Source of the DNA: Nymphon striatum
Taxonomy: Eukaryota
Assembly (NCBI GenBank): GCA_016618385.1
Contig: JABFOP010000807.1
Span: forward strand, 152,216 to 216,215
Direction of reading: 5' to 3'
Length of the DNA: 64,000 nt
Part shown: positions 12,403 to 24,859 of the stretch, in pieces
How positions within the stretch are numbered: position 1 is the first letter of the stretch
How the letters are laid out: each line of letters begins with the position of its first letter
Made by a program: the position numbers and the translations under genes
Notes under the pieces: generated by a model
The model's database searches: none
The model's input: the letters and a program-made list of their open reading frames with translations, nothing else
Told to the model about the DNA's origin: nothing

Positions 12403-13869
12403 GCGGATAGGCAACATTCGTACAATATCAGAGAAGAATCTTGCTCTCAGATTTGTCAATTGGTATGAGTAGTGCTCCTTCTGGTAGATGGGATCTTCAG
12501 GTGTCTATCATGGTTCCCACACTTAAAAAAACATATTTTTCTATGACTAAATCAAACTCTTTGTCCAGGACTTTCAAGCACCTTGATCGTTATTTCCAAG
12601 TCAAACGAAAAAAATTAATGGCAGTTTTAAATTGTCAACAGTATAATAAATGTTATTTGAATTTGAATCTTTGATTCATCATTAGCGACAGAAATATACA
12701 TATGGGAGTCAATTCACACCTGTACTGGCTGTACACAAACATATATGGCTATGGTGCGGACTCGGAAGAGTCCAATTTATTTTTTATTAAACCTTATTTT
12801 ATGAAGGTAGTCCTTAATAACCTTAAAGGGGCCCTCAACAAAATTCAACAATATCCTACTATATAAATTGGTAAAACATATAAGAAAAAAGAAAAATACA
12901 ATATTAAATATATATATATATTGAATACTTTTGAATATTTTATCTTTTAAAAAATCAAGCACTTTCCAGGGTTTTAAGGATCCGTGGAAACCCTGTCTAC
13001 AGCCACATACTTTTATGCAATATGACTCATTCTGAGGTACCTTTACCTTTGCCGAACATACTCCCCTTGCTTTCGCCATTGAAGAAGTCTGAGGTACCTG
13101 ATATTTCACCACAATGTTGCAAGTTTGGAGAGGTCAGCCTTGCAGGCTGAGACAGATATAACCATATAGTAAAAATAAAGAAAAATTTCTTTGCTAAAAA
13201 ACAATTTTGCCGAACACCAGGTTTATGAACACAGATGAAATATTGTATATAAATATTAAGTATGTTAGAATCATTTACCACACCATAAAACACATCAGTG
13301 GTTTGCACAGATTGTTATAAAGAAGATATATAATCTTTGAATGGTACTAAAATTAGACTATTTCAAATATTTCCATTTTTATTAATTTATTTACTGACAA
13401 AAAAATAAAATAAAAATACGAATGAATAACGTGAGATGAATGAGATGAAAAAATTTAATATGATGGGAAGGTAAAATATGATTAAATTGCAAAATTTACA
13501 AAATGTGCTGGAAAAAAGAAATTCTTTTTTAACAGGAAATTATATATACATTAATTAATAACAATAAAAAATGCATATAGATTTTATAATATATTGGCCA
13601 ATTAGAATAAGATTTCTGAATACTTGATTCAACATAACACTTAATTCAAATTTTATGCATTCATATTGGGAAGGGAATAAACTATACCTTTTTTCACCTG
13701 AGGATACCAATCAATAGGTTCATGAGAATATAAGCTCTTATCCTGTTAATCCAAGATAAAAGAAAGAACGGGTTACCTTGGCATGTCCATCCTTGAGATG
13801 CTGCTATTATAAAGGTTTTGGTTTTATTTCTCAGCTCAAGAAATATAAGCTAAATGAAGGGAGTGCTCT

Positions 13870-14110
13870 TTGACAGGAAATTCAGTCCAAAATCCTAGAA
13901 TGTCCTTCCGCTCCTATAATCCCAGTCATGCTAAGCTTTCCGTGATACTGAAGTTTTTCCTTCAAGATATCCTCCTACACGTGCCTGAAATCAAGGGAGT
14001 GTTCTCCAACTGGAAATATGATCCAAAATCCTAGAACATCCCAGCATGCTAAGCTTTCCATGAAATTGAACTTCAGATATCCTCCTTAATGAATTATTTC
14101 TGAAATCCTC
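13870..14110. repeat. Diverged tandem repeat of ~120 bp (..aaatcctagaa.(g/a)tcc...catgctaagctttcc.tga.a.tgaa.tt..).
   Basis: Two adjacent copies at ~13880-13990 and ~14020-14100. Confidence 0.55.
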
Positions 14111-15461
14111 ATGATATATTTCCTGATAAATCCTTAAGAAATCCTTCCAACATCTTAATCCTTTACTCATGATGCTAAGAAAAGATCCTAAGCTCCAAGA
14201 ATGAATGCAAGGCCTCCAAATGTCCAGATTACCTTCATAAAACAAAATAAATGAAAGGTTAATTTGTTTCTTAATAAATGAAAAGAAAGAAAAAAAATTA
14301 AGTTTGTTGTTTTGATAAAAATAACAAAAACAATAAAGTACACAAACAAGGGCTTCTGCTTACAATTATTTTTCGCTTCCATTTCCCATGTTAAATTTAG
14401 CATTTTCTAAATCTATGATGCCAAAAATAGTCTTATTTTGCTAACATTTATGAATACAGCAAAAATTTGCACAGCATTCAAAAATACATATTTATGCCCT
14501 AATCAATTGCAATTTGGCAATCTTAGAGCAATTTTTTACTTTCAAAACAACTTTAAATTCAAAAATTTGATAAAAAACCTGTTACAGACTCAATTAAGTA
14601 AATTGAGAATACGAAGAGTATTGGTCTGGAAATAAAGCATTCAAGAAAAAAATCTACAGGGCCTGAAATAATGAATGATTGAATATATCAAATCAAACTA
14701 TAAACTAGATTCTAGTTCTAAATGGAAATATTTTTTTTATAAAGATGTCAATCTATTTTGAGTCCACGGCAGAAGCATTGCCTGATTCTGAGCCCATAAT
14801 CATTAATTTACACCTTAAGTGAGAGCTTTCTGGCTGCAAAAACAATGTTTTCAGCTCTCAGAACTTGCGATAATTAATAGGACACAATATCTTGACATGC
14901 CCATAAAAATGAAGGATATAAAAATTTCATTTGAAGATAATTGATATAGATAAATGTAATAATATTTATGGTCAATTTTCATGGTTTCAGGCATACCATA
15001 AATTCCTAAGAGAAAGGTGTAGAATCCTGTCCTCTTGGATATCCAGGATGCATGAATACCACACACCTGCTTTTCCACATAATACGTAATTGTACTAAAT
15101 CCAAGACATAAAAATTTGATCCAAGAAACGAGTCCACATCATGCTGATAAAATCAAATCTATGAATACAAGTAATAAAGAGAAAAAAACAGATACAGAAT
15201 ACAGTTAGCAATGGAAAACACTTTTATGTTTGAACTAAAAATGTTAAAGATATCATATCATATTCATATTTCAATACTGACAATCAAAAACATATCAAAA
15301 ATGGAATATGACTAGTGTGAAAAATGAAAGAATGATTGAAACAAATTTTTTTTTTTTCAATAGGAAACTAAAAATTGAAGTAAATTTAAGGAAAAAATAT
15401 ATTGACTAAAATTTCAGGAAAAATGAAATGAAAACATGACCTCTGGATCATGGATGATTGA

Positions 15462-18400
15462 TTAATAGTATGAATCTGAATATGATCGAGAGCGAGATCT
15501 ATACAGACTTCTTGATCTAGACCGTGACTTTTTGAAGGAATATGCTGGTGAACTTCTACTAAATTTACGGGGCGAATAACTTCTACTCCTTGATCTTCCG
15601 CGACTGTAATCATCTTTTACATAAATATGTGAGGTTTCACCCTGAAAAATCAAAAACATCAGTTTTTCATAATTACCTTTAAATTTATCAAATTAATCAA
15701 TATCAATGTATTACATAATGATTTAATAACACACTCAGAAATTAAAAATAAAATGCAGTATAAGCAAGAGAACCAATAATATATTATCTATCAAAATTTC
15801 CTACAATTTTCAGATAAGTTTTATTCTCAATTGGAGGTGAATGGTTATAAAAAAAAAAAACCAATAAACTAATTCGGTCAGGCCAAAGAAGCATAGCTTC
15901 ACTAAGATATTAAACTTGAGTCAAAATTTGGATTTCTCGATTGTCATGATATTTATACTACTTGCAGGGTACAAAACAGACGATCGTCGCATTTAGTCAA
16001 TAAACATCTTTCCGAACAATACTCGGCGATTCAACACTTTTGTGTGTTCCCTAAACTTTTAGGCCTCTCGAACTGCATGCCAACTCAATTTTTTTTTACA
16101 TTTAATTACACAGAATCAAATTAATCAGTATAATTATCATAAAACCTAACTTAACTTAACCTACCGTATTTTCCGCACTATCAACCGCACAGGATTAACA
16201 CCCGCACCCCCACAAGGGTCATACAAAATCCACACAATCTCCGCACCGTCTTATCACCCGCACCTCTCCAGTGAGAAATTTCCCGTCTGCTGTACACTGT
16301 TATAGTGTATCTCCACCACGCACATCGGAATGATAGTCATATATCCGAAATACAGTGATAATCCTGAGTTTAATCGTCACGATCCTCATCAGATTCGAAT
16401 CCATCGAAATCCTCGCCTTCCGTATCGCCATGGAACAGATCGTAATACAGCTGGGCCAACAGACAGTGCATGGCCGCTGGGAGGTGAACAAACCACCTCG
16501 TTCGTTGACAATGATTGGCTTTAGGGGTGATATTACGGAGAATGAAAACGTAGAAATTACAATATACAACCGTAAGACTACTTCCCTTCAATTTGGATAT
16601 CAAAATGATATGGATATAAACAGGAAATTTGGTAATTTCTTTACGCCATCTTCGATAGTGCCGTCATCATCATATCAGTCTACTGTCGATGCTGCGATTG
16701 CTTGTGTATCGGTGTATGCATGGGTTGAGTGCAATGCAGGGTGTCTTTGCGAGTAGCGACCGTATATATTTTTTTATTTCTTTCGGAGTTGGCTGTGTAT
16801 AATTGATCCCAGTTGGAGCAATTTAAAAATTATTTTAAATTATTTTCAAAGCTATCTGTCATTATATGAAACTAGTTACATATCCTCTATTTATCACATA
16901 ATAGATGTTATCAAGTGCATTGTGCAAATAATTGTGATATATTCCACGCGTTGAACACCATGCAATAACATCAGATTGGAATAACTTAATAATTGTGTTA
17001 TTCCACTAATAATAATAAAAAAATTTCAAATATTCCTCCACGCACAGTAAACAGATGCCATTGTTGTCTTGCATACTAAATTCAAGGTAATTTTTTGTTA
17101 CATATTATATATGGACATTATCAATTTCTACCAATATCCATATTGTGATGGCTTGCAGAAATACAAACAATGTTGGATTGTTGCATATATCTCATATCAA
17201 ATGGGAACTCATTTTATTATAAACATTTGGTTGTCGTAAGTTTGAAATCTTCTGTTTTTCGTTTTGTCCTACACATGCTAAATGTTTGTTAAATATTAGG
17301 ACCATTAGAAAGCACAGAAAAGAAAGTAGAGGTAGCTCTGAGACAAATGAAGAGCGGAAAGGCATTAGGACCAACAGACAAGCGATCTATTAAAGGCAGC
17401 AGGAAAGAAAGGAGAGAGAGAGGGGATACCAGTAGACTGAAAGAAGTACAACCATACCAATTTATAAGGGCAAAAAAGATGCTATAGATTGTGGCGCTAC
17501 TATTCATCGTAGTAATGGATAGTGTATTTGCAGATGATTTAGTATTGACAGCAGAATCACAGCAAGAAGTACTGGAAACGTTCGAGAGATGGAGATAAGG
17601 AATAGAAACAAGAGGACTGTGTAAACTTGGATAAAACAAAGGTAACGGTAACTGAAAGCGATATTAATTAATATGCAAATTTCTCATTTATGCAATAACA
17701 TAGTAAACAATACCCAAGATTATGACATATTAATAAAATGAAATCACACATACAATTGATGAGATAGAAAAAATAAATTCAATAAATGATACCTCATGGG
17801 AACGGAACTTGGATTCATCCAACTTTTTCACAGCATATTTCATATCTTCATACCTTAAAAATTCAACTACTCCTGTGCCATCTTTAAACACATCAGCATA
17901 GCATACATCACCAGCTTCTCTCATGTGGTCTTTTAAATCTTGCCAGCTACCAGTTGAAGGTAAGTTAGAGACTTGTACACGATACTGAGAACGCCTTGCA
18001 GGAGGCCCACGTCCCCTCCCTCGAGGTGCATGAGATCTATGACCACCACCACCTCCTCCTCCTCCACCACCACCTCCTCCTCCACCACTGCCGCCACCAC
18101 CACCACCTCCGCCACTACCACCACCACCGCCTTCTCCTCTGCTTCCTCGTGGAAACTCGACTCTCAGTTTATAACCATCATAATCATACCCATCTCTTGC
18201 ATGTACAGCATCATCAGCATCTCTGAAAAATAATGTTTCAGATATAGAATCCTTTATAGTTGAAAATATTCTTAAAAACAGAATTGTAGCCTGAAATAAT
18301 GCCACAATCGACGTCACAATGAACCATGACTGCTTCCTAACAGGCATTTTTTCAGGCTTCTTACTGGCATTGATTATTAAAAAATTAAAATAACAATGTG

Positions 18401-21400
18401 GCAGAAGACAAATAACAAACAAGTTTATTCAGTCAGCCAAAACGAAATAAAAAAGTCAGGTGCACAGTAATTCATAATATAAAAAGCGAACTAACTACTA
18501 GAAACCCAAGTATAAAACAAATTAACAGAGGATTTTCCTCTACGATTGGAATGTTCTTTAAATGGAAAGTCTAGTGGTCATTACAAAACTGGCCAGGGTT
18601 TCCGCTGCCAGTCGCCAACGGCGAAAAAATAAAAAAAATGGCGATAAAATGATTTGCCGAAAACAATCGTTTTTTATAGGTTTGTTTCTTGGCGAAATTG
18701 AGGCCGTTATTAGGAACATAAATTAAAAAATTATTATTCACAGAGGTTAGTACAGTATTACGGTAAACATTATATTTGATTTCGGTTCTTATTTTGTGTA
18801 ATTATGAGTAAAATGTGTTGTGATGTCCTAACGTTGAATTTTCGTACCTCCAACTGAGCGCTCGGACGAGCCACATTTTCACCGTCACGATTACGGCATG
18901 GAAAATTACCCAATCCGGGTAAACAGGCCTCAACGAAATGTGGTCGGTACCGGCGAAATATCTACTACCTTTTTTATACACAAAATTTCTCTTTACTAAA
19001 CATCTCGATCTGGCCTAGGGAGCAATATAACACACAGCCAAAAACACAGTACGCAGTACTTTCACGCATGTATTTTAGGCCGTATGCGAGATCGCGTTTG
19101 AAAATTCCGCAACCGAAAAGCATATAAAAAGTTTTAAAATGCGTTATTTGAAGTATAAGAGTATTTCCATTTTATCTTTTACAGGGTTCGTACGTGTCCT
19201 TAAATTTCCTGAAATTTCATTTTAGTCCTGAAATGTCCTGAAAAATGTCAAAGTTAGTCCTGGAATACCCCCCTCCCAAACCCTCCCCGCACGTAAAAAA
19301 TATTTGGGATAATTGTGGCGAAAAAAATATAAGGTCCAGTGGAAACCCTGACTGGCTGTGTGTTGTTATTTTTGAATTGAGTTTAGCTTTTCAAAACATG
19401 ACCACACATTAAATTCGAGTTTGATTTCTTTAAACTATACCACCAAGCTAATCTCTCGACTCTCAGCAGATTAGGTGTCAACTGCTGGGCATGTGGGATT
19501 AATGACACCATATAATGTCCGAAGCATCGTATCCATGACATTGACACATTAAACATAAGCACAAAAATGTGGCTGTGCACCAATCACCAAAATCCAACTC
19601 CGGTCGTCCAAAGGGCGACTGGACACATAGCTGGCTAACCTTATGCTCCAGTAGCGATTGCCTGCGCTAGCTACGCCACGTGTAACCCAAAATTACAGAT
19701 TTTTTCAGACGGAGGTGTTCTTGTGTTTAAACATTCATTTTCATAATTTCGAGAAGTAAAGCCTGGAAGTTGAAGAAAGAGCACGAATTTGGGGTGAGGG
19801 AAACTTTCAAGATAGTTATAATCATCATTTATATGTTCACTGCTTGATAGTTGAACAAATGAGTGCTGGGGGAGGAGTCATCAATGGTGGCGTGATTGGT
19901 TGTTACAGTGTTACAGACGCTGGGTAGGTGGGTGGGTAACAATTTTGGTGAAGAAAGATAGTGTACGTAATTTTTTCATTTTCATTCACTCGAGCGCTTT
20001 GTATTGCGGAATGTGTAATTATTTAACTGAATGTAGAATCATCATGAAATTTTGTCAGAATAGAGACAAGATATAGTTGTATATGTTGATTTACCTTTAA
20101 AGACCGTTGGTTGAGTAGAAACTTTCACTACGGTTGATAGTAAATGACATAAATTTTCGGATCGATCACAGACACACTAAACTATGTCCGAAATAAAAAA
20201 TTTTAAAACTAGGTTACTGGGGGTTAACTCGATCGACTCTAGTGACCGCCAATTCCAGGAAAATCTAGCACTGAGAGCCAGTGAGAAGCGAGAATTAGGG
20301 AGTCCCCGCTCAACCAGATTTCATTCCATGGAACATGGATTAAGACACGATTTGAACATTTACCATCATACCTATTTATTGTAGGAAAGCAGCGTTTCAA
20401 AATGTATACATTTTTTACTTTTTAAAATGATCTCGTTTCGCAACCAGTGGTAGGCACCGGTGAATCCGTCAGATGGCGCTGCAAAATATGTAACACTCTG
20501 TAACACGGAGATACTATTGCCCTACGTCAGCAAAGGGCTGCCAAACATGAATTTGAAAACATGTTTTTTTAAAATGGCCATTTCATCGTTTCTCATGTTA
20601 AGATACACATTGTATGGGTCACAACAAATATTTGGGATATCCCGTGATCATTTGACCGCCTTCATTTTTTAACTTTTGTCTGCTAAATTTATAAAATGGC
20701 GATCGGAAGATAACCCAAATTTCACCGTTATTAAAATAGCTCACGCATCTAAACGGAGCCATGAGCAACATTAAAACATTGCTTTTAATAATTTTGAGAA
20801 ACTATTCTATCATTTAATCTTCGCGAAATTATGATACCTGTAGCACTTTAGGAGAAATAAAGCCTTGAAGTAGAGGCTTTTTCGTTCGTGTTGCATCAAA
20901 TTCAATGTCGTTAACATGGCATCTGGGGAGGGAGAAGTCAATAGAGACGTAATTATGACGTCACCACAATGTGTTCGGGCAATAAGTAACATGTAAAGTA
21001 TAGAAATTCGAGTGTTACAAAAATTGGTACATTTTTGACTCTAAAAACTGCTCTCGTTTCCAAATCAGTGGTCCAATTTGACCCATGTAAAAAGCATATT
21101 CACCCATTTTCCATAGGCTTTCCAGTGTGGCTGAAAAAAATCCTGTAAGAAAATATTTATTTTTTTATGCCGGTGCCTACCAGTGGTCCAATTTCCAATT
21201 TGGCTCATTTTTATAGGCTTTCCAGTCTGCCTGAAACGGATCAAGTGGTGACAGATTTTTTTTTTTTTTTTTATACCGGTGCATCCTCCTCGGCCAAAAG
21301 AAAATTCAAGTGAGAATCAATCTTCAAAATTAAATAGATTAAAATTATTTGGGCCGTACCCCTAACCGCACTATTACGAGAGCAAAGGTCGTAACTGCAT

Positions 21401-21637
21401 ACAGATTGATTATAATGAAGAAAAACCATTGAAATAATATTAATTAATAGGCAATAAACATAACAAAGACCTTGGATCTTCAAATTCAACAAAAGCAAAT
21501 GGAGGCCCACGGCGATTCTTCAAATCAATGAAAACGATTTTCCCATATTTATAGAACAGATCTTCAATATCCTTGCTTCGAATATCAGGAGGCAAATTAC
21601 CAACGTATACTCTACATTCACTGTTTCTATTTGACAT
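15462..21637 (-). CDS. SRSF1: SR splicing factor, SRSF1/SRSF9 (ASF/SF2) ortholog. CDS = join(complement(21471..21637), complement(17793..18222), complement(15462..15641)), 258 aa.
   Basis: Exon 1 translates [56 protein letters not shown] (RRM1), with donor AAG|GTCTTT. Exon 2 follows acceptor TTTTCAG and reads [29 protein letters not shown], a ~40-residue Gly/Ser hinge, then [66 protein letters not shown] (RRM2), with donor GAG|GTATCA. Exon 3 follows acceptor TTTTCAG and reads [59 protein letters not shown] (RS domain). Splice phases are consistent (2/1, then 0/0). The match to human SRSF1 is near-collinear. Confidence 0.85.
17290..17650 (+). mobile_element. Non-LTR retrotransposon (LINE) reverse-transcriptase fragment, internally deleted, in SRSF intron 2.
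   Basis: The + strand translation contains [20 protein letters not shown] (RT N-terminal motif) and [22 protein letters not shown] (YxDD box region), joined out of frame. Confidence 0.6.
18040..18135 (-). repeat. (GGN)n coding microsatellite that encodes the expanded glycine hinge of SRSF.
   Basis: ccaccacc/tcctcc runs on the + strand read as Gly codons on the - strand ([30 protein letters not shown]). Confidence 0.9.
18594..19350. mobile_element. MITE-like TIR element, family 'CAGGGTTTCC' (TIR CAGGGTTTCCRCTG), with a 6-bp direct repeat ACTGGC at both flanks.
   Basis: The left end is cagggtttccgctgccagt. The right end is ccagtggaaaccctg. The flanks are ...aACTGGC|cagggtttcc...ggaaaccctg|ACTGGCtgtg. 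It sits in SRSF intron 1. Confidence 0.75.
21050..21262. repeat. Tandem ~110-bp repeat x2 (cagtggtccaattt...ataggctttccagt.tg.ctgaaa...) in SRSF intron 1.
   Basis: Two adjacent diverged copies, each followed by a T-rich tract and tgccggtgc/taccggtgc. Confidence 0.7.
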
Positions 21638-21960
21638 CTTAAAAAGGATATTAAATTAAGAATTCTAAATGCGTTGAACGAAGAGATTGAACAAGCACGC
21701 TTTTCCGAAAACGTAATCTCGCACCAGGGCACCAAGAGAATTAAAAATTTTAAAGTTAAAATTATTTTGATATCGTATCATCCTTATTATATTAATATAA
21801 TTTAATTTTATATAAAATGAATAACATTACATTAACTTATGGGACATAATATTTTTAGATATAAAAATAAAAGCGGGAAAAATTTGCACATTGCATTCTG
21901 GGCTGATAGAAGAACCTGCCAGAAAATAGATCATATCATCCAATCATCATTCGAGTAGAA
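21638..21960. promoter_or_regulatory. Putative bidirectional promoter region between the divergent SRSF (-) and DYNLL (+) genes.
   Basis: The SRSF start codon at 21637 (minus) and the candidate DYNLL exon 1 (plus) are separated by ~300 bp. Human SRSF9 and DYNLL1 are arranged head-to-head (from memory). Confidence 0.35.
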
Positions 21961-22059
21961 TAGGGCCAAGAACTCGTGTTGAAAAAAGTTGTAGAAGCGA
22001 CAGCTCATAACATTGTTGTTTGAAGTGACTAAATTTGATTTGATTTGATTAATCTTGTG
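21960..22059 (+). other. Candidate non-coding first exon of DYNLL (5'UTR), with splice donor GTG|GTAAGT at 22060.
   Basis: A strong consensus donor (GTAAGT at 22060-22065) lies ~3.7 kb upstream of the acceptor TTTTTAG (25732-25737) that directly precedes the DYNLL ATG. It sits ~320 bp from the SRSF start codon on the opposite strand. No expression data are available, so this is inferred only. Confidence 0.35.
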
Positions 22060-22609
22060 GTAAGTTTAGTAAATTAATGTAATCTTTCATTAGAAATTTA
22101 GGCGTTTAGAATCCATTATATTTAAAGATTTTACACTGGAGTCACTTAATTTTTTTCGCACTATTCAATTCATGAATGATTTTTCTACATCAACTCCAGC
22201 CAGAGTCGAGAAGTCTTTATTACAATGAGTTAATCCTGTAATGAATATAATATGGGTTTTCTGTTGAATTTTTTCTCAATAGACACTCCATATTTAGAGT
22301 ATTTATTTAAAGATATAATTTTTATATCAATTATTAATTCGGATTGGTTCGTATCTAAATCGGTACCGGCTGTCAGAAATTTGAAATGCGGAGCCTGAAG
22401 AGGCTGCGGGTACGACTGGTATTTGGCGTTTAGAATCGAAGTTATACTCAATTAAGACTTTTCTTATTTCTTGATTGAATTAACCTCCTGATAATGCCCA
22501 TATTGTCATAATGATACTCCCGTAGAATGAAAGAGGAGAGTATGTTGCCATTGTTGGTGTTTGAGTGGTTAGATCATTAGAAATTAATTCCAATTCAATT
22601 AAGGTAGTG

Positions 22610-22750
22610 TCTATTTGACCGGTAGCCGGCCACATTTTGTTTAAAATTGTTTACCCGGAGTCAATCCTGATTGGGTAATTTTCCATGACGTCATTGTGAA
22701 TATGGCTCGTCCGAGCGCTCAGCTGGAGGTACAGAATTTAACGTTAGCAC
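22610..22750. repeat. Inverted partial copy of the internal segment of the 18594-19350 element, related to 1270-1330.
   Basis: ggctcgtccgagcgctcagctggaggtac...ttttccatgacgtcattg is the reverse complement of gtacctccaactgagcgctcggacgagcc...ggcatggaaaattaccc at 18835-18965. Confidence 0.7.
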
Positions 22751-24139
22751 ATACATTTTAAGCAGTGTCTTTTTTGCCGGAATCGGGCACATTTCGCTCT
22801 AAAGTTATTTTATCCGATATCATGTCTGAATGGCTAAAACTGTACAGAGATTTGAAAACGTCTCTTGATCAGCCTGCGGAATAGCTAGGTTAAGTTAATA
22901 ATAATTATAATGGATGGAAGATAATAATAACTGTGTATTATAACAGAACAAACTTTACCTAACCTATTCCGATCTAGGCTGATCCAAGCCTGGGGATTTC
23001 AGATTTTATCGGTAACAGTTTTTCAGTTCCGTACTTTCTCTTCATGGGAACCCAAGGGAAATAAAATTTCGATTCCGTGCTTAAAGTTCATAGGAACCGT
23101 TTTTTTTTTTTTTTTTTTTTTCCCAGTCATATTCAGCTGTTTTAGGGCTATTCCAGAAAATTGTACATGGGGGACAGAAGGTACTTTTTTCATACCCCAA
23201 CAACCCGTTTAATTTTTTACCATGCGTCATATAAAATTTTATAAAAATAAATAAACTGATAGGAAACGAAATTTCTTCTGGTAATTATGCGTACTAGATC
23301 CGAGTCGGCGCTGCTTATCCTGAAACCAGAAATCAATTGCTGGATCTGCATTAAAGTTTTCAATACTGGTTTTTTCACTTTTACGGAGACATACTTTCAG
23401 CATTGGCCTGCCTAAGCTGCTTCTGTGATCATTAGCCAAAATTAATATTCAAATCTTCCATATTCTATCATTTTCAAGATTGACGAAAAAATTTTTGTCG
23501 TACCGATACGATTTACGGCATAATTATCAAATTATTCCATCATTTTTAAACAAAAGCCTAGATTTTGATTTGATGTTTTTTTTTCAAATAGTTTGTAGGC
23601 AATATTTAAACTCGCTGCCTCTACCATGCTGTTTATTTTCTTGAATGTAATGAGGGAAAAGTTAAAATAGCATGGATACCCAGGCTAGTAGCGTAATTGC
23701 AATTCATGAAAGTCAAAACTGCTATCTCACATCGTAAAAATAATGTGTGACCCCAAACAATTTTTTTCTGCAGCGCTATTTTTTTTATGAACCGTTTATA
23801 AATCCTTATTTCGGGCCTTGTGTATGCATCGGTTTCATGAAAGAGCTGTGTAGTATTTTCTTAATCTAATACAGTTGCATCAAAGACAAAAATACAATGA
23901 CATGTTATTATTCATTTGCTGATTAAAATGAATAGAAAGTGTATTTGATGGTGAATCTGCATGAAAGATTTCGGGAAAATTGTATATAATGAATACATAC
24001 CTGAAATTTGAAAAAAGTTGTCATAGAATACAGGTTCAAGGGTGAAAGTATTCCGGAACACGTCGGATTCTCCGGTTTTTACGGGTCTTGAAGGGTCGTT
24101 TTTCCAAATCGTGTAAATCCGTTGAGATTTTTTTTCAGA

Positions 24140-24410
24140 GTGGGGGGGAGGTATGACCCAACTCCTCAGATTTTCGATAGTTAATTTCTCAAAAGATACT
24201 GGCAGACTGGTTTTAGAGAGAAAATACCCCGTCCCTCGGATAGGACGTTAATGGAGTTCCAGTGTAAAGGAGAGTCATACCCTCTATACGTTAAAGAACA
24301 CACTTCACTATTCGGATAAAGAGTAGGGTAATCCTGGTGAAGTGTAGCACCTGCGTAGAACACGCAGAACACCTATTCTTGACTTTTAAAGGACCCGTAC
24401 GAACCCTGAA
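24140..24410 (+). mobile_element. Fragment of a SINE-like repeat that shares its 3' tail with the 39428-39820 SINE.
   Basis: gtgaagtgtagcacctgcgtagaacacgcagaacacctattcttgacttttaaaggacccgtacgaaccctg matches gtgtagcacctgcgaggaacgctattcttgactgcgg. Confidence 0.4.
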
Positions 24411-24859
24411 TTCCTACAAAATATGAATTACTATGGATTTTAAGATTATTTATAAAATGAAAACCTTTATTGCACCAAACTCACAAGGGTTTTTTTTTTT
24501 TTGAGTTTAGTGCAACAAAGGTTTTTAAAAAAATTAAAGAAGAAATAAAAAAAAAATCATAAAAACACTCCAGTTACATGAGTGAAGGTTTTTCAGGTTT
24601 TTCAAAATTTTCAACTCTCACCCATGCAGGTTAAATACTTCGGAAATAAAATTAATTTGCTTTAATTTTGTCATTTCATGTCATGTTTTAGCTATGAATT
24701 ATGACAACCCTAATAGATATTTAATGGGCAGCATAAATAATTGTGGGTGTCACATTTGAAGGAGTGCTTATGCACCACACCTTAAGTGAATAAAATCTCA
24801 TTGCCATTTATAGAAGCAATTGATTATTACTTTTTTAGTTATAATAATATCCATGTGTG

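Noticed and set aside
12777-13308. Minus-strand ORFs (e.g. ...FFNGESKGSMFGKGKGTSE) possibly representing an exon
   Set aside because: No recognisable homolog. The segment is flanked by a short duplicated motif (aggtacctcaga) and lies in repeat-rich DNA, so there is insufficient support.
17973-18233. Thr/Ser-rich and His-rich + strand ORFs
   Set aside because: They are mirror-frame artefacts of the (GGN)n glycine-codon repeat in SRSF exon 2 on the opposite strand.
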